DNA of 64,000 nucleotides from Amoebophrya sp. A120 (Eukaryota > Protista > Dinoflagellata): assembly GCA_905178155.1 (NCBI GenBank), contig CAJINV010000011.1, positions 2,313,331-2,377,330 on the forward strand, given 5' to 3'. The notes beneath the pieces are model-generated. The model saw only the letters and a list, made by a program, of their open reading frames with translations. It ran no database searches and was not told the origin of the DNA. Position numbers and translations under genes: made by a program. This document shows positions 50,619 through 61,400 of the stretch, one piece after another (positions within the stretch are counted from its first letter, which is position 1; each line of letters opens with the position of its first letter).

Positions 50619-53600
50619 ATGAGCAGCACTGCGAAGAAGAATGCGGAGTTGCAAGATTGGGTGGTGGAGGCGGGCGAGGTACAACTCGACTCGCCCGAGC
50701 CCGTGGAGGTCGTGCAAAAAGTGCGCGATTATGATGTCGGGACACCAGCTTCATTGGGAACAGCGCAAAATAGTCAAAATTCCTTCGGCCGTGGCGGCCC
50801 AGCTTCGTCTTCGACGGCAGAATATGACATGAACTGGGGTCCCGATTATCCTGCAACGCCGACGTCGCAAGCGGCTTCATTGCAGAGAGAAGCGCAGGAA
50901 CAACGTCAAGGTCAAACTCTGCACGGCGCTACGCCTACGCAAGAAGTGGAGTACCAAACGAGTGCTAGCAAAAGAGCGACTTCCTGGGACAGACCGAACG
51001 ACGTCTTGGCCACCTCTCGAAAGGATAGCATAATATCGTCTAGCCCCGCTGGTGGTGCTGCTTCCTCTATGAGTGGCCTAGTAACGTCTTCCAGCTTCAA
51101 TATTGACGACATGTTTGACGCCGCAGGTAGTTCTGCGCGCGGGCGAAATAAATCGCATTCAAATTCTTCCAAATCAGCACAGCCGCCACGGTCGGACAAT
51201 CCAGCCATCCTCACATCAGCCGGCGGAACCACAAGGGCAATTCCTGCTGTGCAGAAGTCCCGCCGCGAAGCGGATACCAAGGCGCTCGACGCAGTGTTTT
51301 TGAGCCGTCGAGAAAATGATGAGTCGATCGAGGTTGCTGGGGAGAAAAGAAATTATGTTGAGAAAGGAAGAGGACTACAGGAGCAACCCGCTCTACTGGA
51401 TCCAAGCCAAAATCACGGCGGAAACGGCACGCCGACAGGGTCAGCAAGAGACGAAATATCTCCTGGCCATGCCCGGAAGGGATCGGCAGGTGTAAAAATG
51501 GCAACAGCAGAATCAGGAGGTCACCAGCACCGGGGGGAGTTGCAGCAAGTAGCTCTGGATGCGAACAGGAACGAAAAAACACTGACACATGAAGAGCACG
51601 CCGCTGATGTGGATGTCGTGCCGAAAGGAGGATCAGAAATGCAGCAGCACGACCTCCTCGACGACAGGGGACAACTACACTCGAGTGTACAACGCACACA
51701 TACAGGAGTGGCAGCCCGGACGACCGGCGCAACTACATTTAGCGAACAACGTGCATCAACTGCTGACAAGACAAGGACAACTCTATCTCCGATCCTGTTG
51801 AACCCAGCAACAGTTGGAGCCCGCCCAGCTTCAGCGACCTTTGAGCAGCAGATAGAGCAGTATAGTGACCACGCGATGTTGTCCGCAACTTCAACATCAA
51901 CTACAACATTGCGCACGAAACACTATACCAGTGAAGAACAAGATTTTATTCGCGCCGGCAAAGGTGATCTCATGAATAAAGATCAGCGAGTGGACGAACT
52001 ACAAGCGGAAGAGCAGCTGTGGATCCTGGCCGACGATCCCATGCTCGAGGAAGAGCAGGGGCCGCTGCAGCCGAGTTTAGTGTTCCCCTCCGGCGTGGTG
52101 CCGGGAGGTGCAGCTGCCTCTTTGGGCGAGCAAACCACCGCAGCAAGCAGAGACGGATTTTTGGGGACGTCGACGGCGGAACAAAATGAAAATCATCAAG
52201 AAAGTGGTCTTCTTCTGGACAACAACAATCTTTTTGCGGGTCCTTTGCAGAAGTCGTCTGACCAACAAGGAGACCACGACAGATCACAGGATGAAGAACA
52301 AGAGGGAACAAGCAACAAGATGAGCAATCTGTACAATGCGGCGCAGCTGTACGCGGAATACAACCGAAATTTGGAGGTCTGGCGGATGCTGCTGATTGAC
52401 TTTTTCCGGTTCCGGCACAAGAACCCCGAGAAAGTGAAAGAGCTGGTCCGCCGCGGGCTGCCGGAGTGCCTGCGGGGCAGCATTTGGCAGAAGCTGGCGC
52501 AGAGCCGCGAGTTGCAGTGGAAGTACCCCCGGAACCTGTACGAGTACCTGAAGCAGGTCCCGAGCGCGCCGTGCGAACCCGACATCCGGCGGGACACGAA
52601 CCGCACCTTCCCCAAGCACGTGCTGTACTGCGACCGGCAGGGGGTGGGGCAGCAGCAGCTGCTCCACGTGCTCCGGGCCTACAGCATTTTCAATCCGGAG
52701 GTGGGGTACTGCCAGGGAATGGGCTTCATCGCGGGGCTCCTGCTCTGCTACCTGCCCGAGGAGGCGGCCTTCTTCATGCTCGTGTCGTTGCTGGAGAACT
52801 ACCGCATGAGCGGCCTGTTCAAACTATCCTGAGTAAAAATGGCTCCACACCAGGGTCAAGATAGGAAATCTGCTAGACAAATCAACCAGCATTGGTTGTG
52901 TCGCATGACAAGCTTGTCCTGGTTCTGAAGCATCACAGATCTAGCGCATCATGCTGCTTGTAGCATTACAAATTCCAAAGCACGAATAGAAAATGGCTCT
53001 CTTGGGGCTCCGCATGAGAAACCTTTTCGGCATGCAGATTTGCATGGCATCCACTCTGGGTGGGGACGTTGTTACTCAGGATACAAACCCAACCTTCCCC
53101 TGTTGAGCAAGTACTTTTTCCAGCTCAACCTGCTGATCCGGATGCACCTGCCCAAACTGCACGACCACCTGCAGCTGAACTCGGTGGAGCCCACCATGTA
53201 TGCCTCACAGTGGTTCATGACGGTCTGCATCTACCAGTTTCGGTACTCGACGGTTTGTCGCGTGTGGGACATCTTCCTGGCCGAGGGCGTGAAGATCATT
53301 TTCCGGGTGGTATCAGAGTGCACAAGTAGAACTTCCCCTCGCCCTCATTTCTCATGCAAAATGCCAGGCCGACCATTTTTCTTTTTGTTTTTTGCCTCTT
53401 CGCACTCTTAGCATGACAGGTTCTGCTGGCAGCACTACAATCCTGATGAATTTGTCATGCGAAACCTGCTCAACTCTTGCCAACGCTGGTATTGCCATTG
53501 CTGTTCACACTATAAATATAAATGAGGGACGAGAGCAGGGGTGGGGAGTTGTGCACTCGGATAGGTGGCGCTGGCGCTGCTGAAGCTGAACCAGGAGAGC

Positions 53601-53981
53601 CTGCTGCAGTGCGGGTTCGAGGACATTTATCGCAAGAAAAAAGTGTTTACAGTTTTTACACATTGTGTTGCGGGGGCCGCAAGACAGACGACCTTTGTCA
53701 TGCAGGAAATACCTGCAAGCCTCGTTTCCTTCGTATTTTCCCTTATGTATGATCTTTGCCTTACTCTGCCACACTGAGAAAATTTGTGATGCAGATGAAC
53801 AAACTCCAACAAATGTGTAAGTGCAACACTTTTTTCTTGGGATAGCATTCTGCAGGTACTCAAGCTCGCCCCGGCCCAGACGGAAACGGAGCTGCTCATC
53901 CAGACCGCGCTGGGCATCAAGCTGAAAGCCTCCGTGCTCAAGGACCTCGAGCAGGAATTTTTGAAATCCGGACAGAAGTAA
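50619..53981 (+). CDS. TBC-domain Rab GTPase-activating protein (EVI5-like) with a long disordered N-terminus; 3 introners
   Basis: LVRRGLPECLRGSIW, IRRDTNRTFPKH, VGYCQGMGF, YASQWFMT, RVWDIFLAEGVKIIFRVALALL. Confidence 0.92.
52825..53083. mobile_element. Introner, family B
   Basis: DR CAAAC/CAAAC. Confidence 0.9.
53311..53563. mobile_element. Introner, family F
   Basis: DR GGTGG/GGTGG. Confidence 0.9.
53628..53844. mobile_element. Introner, family C
   Basis: DR ACATT/GCATT. Confidence 0.88.
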
Positions 53982-55497
53982 GTTTTGTACGTTCTACTCC
54001 GGGCAGCTGCAGCAGCCATCTCTTGTCCTCGTTGCGCGCTTGTGGGAGCAGCTTTTGGCAAAACTAGAAAGAAGGTTTGTTTGTCAAAGCGCTTCGATTC
54101 TTATCTTTGTACAAAGGAATTGCGGATGGACAAATAAGACGAAAACCGCTTGCTTGTTACAGCCATTCATTGTCATGGCATTGAAGATCCCTTCGACCAC
54201 TTCGAGCATGCAATAAGAGCACTGCTCGTCCGCTCTGCAGTGCCTTGACGAGAAAAAGAAAGCGAAGAAAAATATCGATGAATTGATTGCGCGGCGGATC
54301 TCAAATGATCGAAGATGCGTCTTATTGTAGTATACGGACCACTACTAGTGTTCCCGTTTCTGTTCGATTCCCAATCTACTTGTTTCTGCATTGACTAGAT
54401 AAAGCAGCAGCAGCGTCGTGAAGCACGCTGAAGTTGTTCGAAGCAGCGTCAAAGCGATTGCGGTAAGGAAGAAGAGATCCTTTACAGCGTCGAGATTTAG
54501 AATCACGTGCGTTATTGCCACATAGTGTTTGATTCACGTTAGCGCACTGTGCATTATTTGAAAGAACTTCAAGCGGATGAAGGAGCAGAAGCAGCACAAA
54601 AGCAAAACAGGATCATACATAAATTTTTCTTTGTGAGTGGTTTCCCCTCTGTGCAGTTGTTGGGGTTCAACCACCTTTTTTCGACTGTGGTTTGTAGGTA
54701 CGACAACTGAATCACTTGTGGAATGATTATGCCTATTTCATTTTCGACAGTAGGGACGTTATCGGCCCAGGAGGCGTTGGGTGTGAGAACGTTTTCGCTC
54801 GACAAACAATTAGCTTTGGCTTATGGCTTTCTCTTTTTTCTGAGAAATAAAAATTTCACTTCGTTTTTTTTTTTTTGAATGTGCCTTAACATCCGTAAGT
54901 TTCAGTTTCAGTTTCAGATGCGCTTTCCGCTCGTGTTTTGCGGGGGTTACGCCGTGTACAGCAGGTCGACACTGCCAGGAAAATCGATGTGCGCGCCGCA
55001 TTGGTCCATACAAATCAAAACCCTAAACCCTTCGGAAACATAAATCCGCGCATGCATGCAGGGGGGTCACCCCTGAACCCTTTTTCGAACTCGGACCGGA
55101 CACACGCATAGAAAATCCCCACGATATAGTTAACGTCTATAGCCGTAAGCCGCGGCGGACGTTGCTATGCTGTGGGACGAATAGCAAGGGGGTTTGATAT
55201 GGGTCGAGACTAGGCGCTATGTGCAGAAAGCCGCTGCACCTGACGGTAGTAAAGATAGGGAGGAGCCACTGTCTATGGAGATAGTTGCGCCTAGTGCGCG
55301 CTAATCGGGATCTGTGTAAACGCGGATACTGGGAACGCCCTATGCAAACGGGCTTTGCAAACCCGCGTTTGAAAAACCCAGCGGGAAACACGACCGAAGC
55401 CAGAGATGCATGGTGCGGGAAGCATATAAAAAAACGAACCATGCGGGGTGCCCTCCGTAACTTCGCTCCCGTTCGGATGTTGCGAGCTTCCCGCTCG

Positions 55498-58400
55498 ATG
55501 AGGTCTACGGCAACTACTACCCGGGCGTGCTCTCCGGAGATGTTTGCGCTTTTCCATCTGTTTCTCCTCATCTTCAGCGCGGACTTTGTGGCCTTGCGAG
55601 GCGCGGCATCCTCGACCTCCAACGAACCAGGAACAACTGCTACTTCGAACCGGTCAAGACGCATCCATCTGCCGGCCTTTTCCCCGGTCGTGCAGCCGGT
55701 CGTGTGGCCGCCCGCAGCAGCAGCTCCCTCTGGTTTGCCCGCGATCGGGGCCCCTGCTCGGGCGTTTTCGAACGCTGCGCAGTGGCTCCACACGGCCGGA
55801 CAAAGTTGTTGCAGAGCTTCCACTGCCTCGTCCTGGTCCACCTCGTCGGCTGCATCTTCGAAGGACCCGTCAGCCGCGACGAGCTCATCTAGTTCCGGTG
55901 GGGGACCACGACAAGATCACGTTTCTGCAGTACCAGCACAAGAGCAGCCCAGCACGAGGGCCGCCCCCGCGAGGACGACTACCCCCAAAGCCGAGCCGAA
56001 GAACAAGAGTCGTCTCTTTCACTGGACGAGGACCAGCACGAGGTCGTCGGCTAGCAGCGCCACCAGCACGACTTCGCGGGGAAACGCGACGATGAACTCC
56101 AGTCGATCGTCCGGTACGGGAGTTTATAATTCATCTGATCCGTTCTCTAATCCTTATCCTACGAACAGTACTGATCTTCATCTTCGACGACCAAAGCCTG
56201 AACAAGAAGCAGCAGGGCAACGAGATGTTGACCACAAGGGTGCTGCGCGGAGTAGAAGAAGCGGCCTCATGAACAAGATGACTGCGGCCACTGGCAGCTT
56301 CTCCATCTTCAAACTACGGAAGAAACACAGAATCGCACCAGCTCCCGCGAACAATGGACCGTTGCATCAAGACCAGGACGCCCTCCGGAGCGGGAGTACT
56401 ACAACTGCTCGCACTATCAAATGTAAAAATGTCTGGGTCTGGAAGAATGCAACTTGTCATGCTAAATCTGAAGCATGCAAAAATCTGTGTTGCATGATTA
56501 CCAAAAGTCGTCCAGTTTTGACCAAGTCGCGAGGGAGTGTCTCATGCAGGATAGGCATGAGAGAGATCGCACAGAATCTGTGATGCTAGGTCCTGCATTC
56601 CAGGCCTCATGGGTCATGGAAAAGCTGCATGACAAATCGCGCCTGCAAAGGTTTTTGATGTGGTGCAGTCGGGTATGCATGACAAATCGCGCACTCTTCC
56701 AGACCCAGACATTTTTACATTTGATACGCACCCCTTTAAATACAACTTCGTCCTTCACCTCCCTAGTGCCTGACCACGTCGGAGATGAATCATCTCTGCA
56801 CTGTTTCAGCCGCCAGCACACGCCCGAGGCGGGAACTTCATCGGTTTTTATTTCGACGCCAGTTGTAGTAGATCCAGCAGCTGTTGGCCTTGGCCGCGCG
56901 GACATTTTCACGAGCCCCGAGAACAACTACCTGGGCGCAGGAGGTTTGAATAACACCTCCGCTTATTTGAAGACGGGCGATTGTTCCGCAATTCATTGCA
57001 AATCAAATCAAATCAAATCAAATCAAATCAAATCAAAACACCAAGAGCACCATCAAGTGGCGGCGGGGCCGCGCCAGGTTTATTTTTCCACATGGACGAC
57101 ACGACTTTGGCCGGACAAGAGGAAGGAGCGGCTTGTTCTCAGTTGTCCACCTCTGCTGGCGAAATGGCGGCCGGATCGCAGGACTCGTCGGGCGGCAAAG
57201 CGGAGAGTTTGATCAACACGGGTGAGGACTCAATGAAGCACCGCGTGCAAACGGGCTCGACCGCAGACCCGGGGTCGTTGCTCTCTCGGCCGAGCACGGG
57301 GTGCACCCCAGAGAACATGGCGAGTATCCCATGTGAAAATAGAGCGTGCTGCCCATCTTCCCAGACTTGCTGTCATGCTGACCTTGCATGATATTCAGAA
57401 GGTCTCTGCTTTCATCCTCGGGGCAAGGATCATTCTGCCATCAGAGCCATATACTCAAATCAGGAAGTTGAGAGAGATCCTGGATTCGCATTAATGCGGC
57501 TGCGCGAGCTATCAAACATAAACATAAACAGGCACGAGTTGACGCACGCTGCGGATTTAGAAAGAGCGTCATGCTCATCATGCGCAACAGCCATAGCCAA
57601 AATAAGCCCTCGACTTTCTATATGGAGCAGCGCAGCCCAAAAATGGGTCCTCGCTGGGTAAGTACAATTTTTTCCAACAGCATACCGAGCCCGAGATCCT
57701 CCTCTAAAGTGTCCCCGACAGAGAGCGCCGGGACAGAAAACGGAAACGCAGAACAGCACAACCTGCAGACTCTGGCCGAGACAAGCGAGAAAGACTCTGC
57801 AAGTGAGCGGCATTGGGTGTCCACCTCTTCAGCAAACGAGGACGGAGCAGCAATGTCTGGGAACAAAGGAGAGGCACAGCAGCTGCAGCGCCGCCAGAAC
57901 GAGGCGCCGCCCCGCTTTGGCAGCATGGCCGCGCGCGGGGTGGCTGCCGCCCCTGGGGAGGAGCTGCACGAGCAGCCTCTTCTTTTTACCCGCGTAGGAG
58001 CTCCTGCTTTTCGAGGGGAAGGAGAAGCCCTGCCGCGCTCCAGCGCGTCTTCGCCAAGCTCGTCAACCGAGGCGGAGTGCGAAGGTTGTGCCCCCGCTAA
58101 GGAAGTTTTCAACATCTCCGCGTCGCCGTTTACCGGGCATTATGCGTTGCTAGTTACAATGTGTGGGTCTGGAAGTAGTAGCATGTAGCTCTAGCTTGTC
58201 ATGCGAAGTCCTCTCGACCAGAAAAATATATAACAAAAAAATCAAAATGTAAATGTTGCATGTCCGCGTGATGCATGACAAATCCTGCCTTCTACTTCCA
58301 GATCCATCATACACATTTGCAATGCATAGGCAGTCCTCAGTGCCTTCGTCCAATTGTCCGGCGAAGATCGTGTTCAACAGTACGGCTCGCGGCCAAAGCT

Positions 58401-61400
58401 ATGCGGACAAGAATTCTGCTGGTGAAAAGCGTTCATCTTCACCATTGATGTCGCGGGCGCCGTCGGGCCTCGACGTTGACGGAGAACCGTCATTAGGGCG
58501 CGTATTGTGCATCGCGGCCGCGGCCACCTCTACCACATCATCTCAGTGCCTAGGAAGCAGCAGCGCATCATCTTCGGCGCCAAAGGATAAAGTAGAAACC
58601 CAGCCGCCTCTTGCTGCTGCACAGCAATACTACACACCCGCCTTTTTTCTGGCGCGTGGTCGGGTTACCTCTTCTGCAACCAGTTCGGCCCCGCAGGCTT
58701 CGACTTCTTCCTCTTTGTCCTCGACAGCTGCTCCTCAACACCTTGGGGGCATGGCACCGACTTTCGGGTTCCCGCGGGCAGAGGCGGAAACAGCAACGAG
58801 AGCCGGCGCAGCAGCAGCAGCAGCCGCACTTCCTGTACAACCACGCTCAAACAACTTCGTGAGCAGTAAATCTGAAGCAGAAAAGGAAACAAACGCCCGT
58901 TTCCGCACGAAATTGTGCAACGACGAGAACAAGCAACGTGGTGGCGGTGATGTACTTCTAGAGGAACAAGAACTACAACAAGTTGCACCAGTAGCGCTCC
59001 TCAACCAGCACCCCGGAACAACAAGGAACGGCGCAAACGCAACGGCCTCGGACCTGCAACTGCACGCCGGTCGGGATCCTCACCAGAACAACAGTGGGTT
59101 CTCGTCGGCGCGCCCGTCGGCCCTTTTTGCCGTGGGGGGCGGCGGTGGACAAGAATCGCACGAGGGCCTCCACCGGCTCGGCACACGCACAATCACAGAA
59201 CCCGATCTGCTGGCGGCCTTGGACCCTAGTACGGCCCAGCTTTCGTCATCGGACAACGAAAGCGAAGGTGACGATGGTGGCCACGATGCTGGTACAGCAG
59301 GGCAGCGGAAGTCAGCTAAAAATGGTCGCGGAGATGAGGATCGCGATGTCCTCGCGAGAGCATCGCGATCTTGCGACGAGCTTCGTGCATTGATCGAGTT
59401 GGAAGCGGATGGCTTAGAGGAGAGGACCAACTACGCCGGACTGCGTTTGCCACGCCAGTGGACCGGCCACTGGATGGAGCCAGACCTGCGACCCGCCGTG
59501 CTGCCCATCAAAAAGGAAGCCGAGCGGCAGGATAAGTTTCGTCCAAAGGGGCCTCGCCCCACGTTCACCGCCGCGGGGCGGCGGGAAGCGTTATTTACGC
59601 TCTCACCCACTGCCACTCAGGTGCAGCGTGCTGCCCGGTCGGCCCGCGCCAAGGGTTGTGCTAAGCTGGGGAAGGTGCTCCGAGAGCGGCGCGCGACAGA
59701 GACGTCCTCGTCCTCGTCTGAAAACGAGTCGGCTGGAGAGGACGAAGACATTATGTTCGCGTCTGCAGAGGACCACGCAGAGGTGGACACTCAGCCCGAG
59801 GTGGACCCCACTGACCCGTCCCAAGAACAAGATCAAGTAACGGGCGAACACCGCGACGGACAGGGACAAGGCGAAGAACAGGGGCGAGAGGATATCATAT
59901 GTAAAAACGTCCCCACACCAGAGTCAAGATGGGAACTGAGCAACACAAATCCAGAAGTTTTGGGAGCCATGCATGACAAGTTGCAGTCCGTAGTGTAGTG
60001 CATGTTAGCAACGACGACCGCATCACAAATTCATCTGCTTATCCTGTTTACAGCATTACAAATTCCAAAACACGATCGGAAACGCCCCTGAAGGAGATGC
60101 GCATTACAAATCTTCCTGTAATCGCAAATATGCATGACAACTCTGGGGTGGGGACATTTTTACTCAGGATAGAGGAAATTACGGGAGGGGCGGCGGAGGT
60201 GCATCATGTTGACGACGACTGGGTTATTGTGAGGAAAAGTCCCCCCTTCCCATACCAACCCGGGACAATTCTGAAAATTTGTGATGCTGATTTGTGACCA
60301 CAAATCGACTCTGTATTGCAAGAAGGCAAATCGAAAAAACCCCGCCGCGTTCTGCAGGGAATTTGTCATGCTGTGTGGCCTACAGAGGATGCGACTGCCT
60401 TGCCAGGCGCCTACACCAAAACGCCCCTACCCAGGCTCTTTATCTGCCTGCAGTCCTCTACTGCACGACAAAGCCGATTTGTGTACAGAAATTCCGCATC
60501 GCGGATTTTCATTTCGGTATGGGGCGGGGGGATGTTTCCTTTTGATATGGGTCGCGTTTTTTTCCCCGCATGATTGGCTGTATCACGGGGTTCAGGTCAA
60601 GGACGCGAGACTGCGGTGCTGGGTTGATCACGTTGAGGCAGTTGTCTGTCCGGATCCTGAAGATTTGGCGCCGCGCAGCGACCCGTACCCTTCGGAGGCA
60701 ACGCCGGAGTCACAATGCTCGAGCAATCATGACGTCGACAACGAGTCGAGGAGCTCGACGAGCTCTAGTAGCGCTGGCGACCAGGAGGTGAGCCAGCAAG
60801 TCAACAATATTGCCTCCGTCTCTTCGCGGCCCCATGGCGACGTCGAAGAGCTCCGGCCTGCCGCGGAACAACTTTTCATTCCGCACGGCCTCGATGATGT
60901 CAATTTGGAGCGAGAACAACCCCGGAGCTGCAGTCCGGCCCCGCGGGTGGTTCTGCAGTGCCGCCGCACGAGAGCCACTCGCCTCGCGTCGCTCGCGCCG
61001 GTGTATTCCAGCTGCACACCGGTCTATCCTTTGGAAAAACGGGGCCCACAGCACGACCTCCCCAGAGTCAAGAGGGGGATTTAGCAGTAAACAAATCAAC
61101 AAGGTTTCGCTGTTGCGCATGTTGACAAGTCTGGGATCGTAGTGTCATGGTGTTTAAGTAGTTGTGCAGGCGCATTACAAATCGATCATCCTATCCAGAT
61201 TGTAGCATGACAAAGACTAAGACAACCTGCCAGGCAGCATTAGAAAGTGCCCCTTATGAACAATATGTGGAGCTGGTGTGCTGGCGCATGAGAAACTTTT
61301 ATAGACATTCCAGTTTGATGATGCAGCTGCATGACACGTCTGGGGTGTGCTTGGCCTTCTTATTTTTACTCAGGATACGGGCATCGCGGAGGACAGTTCC

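Noticed and set aside
55018-55031. AAACCCTAAACCCT telomere-like motif
   Set aside because: Only two units; not distinguishable from chance.
55059-55460. Possible degenerate MITE (GGGGTCACCCC ... GGGGTGCCCTCC)
   Set aside because: Only about 11 of 15 positions match as an inverted repeat and there is no clear TSD.
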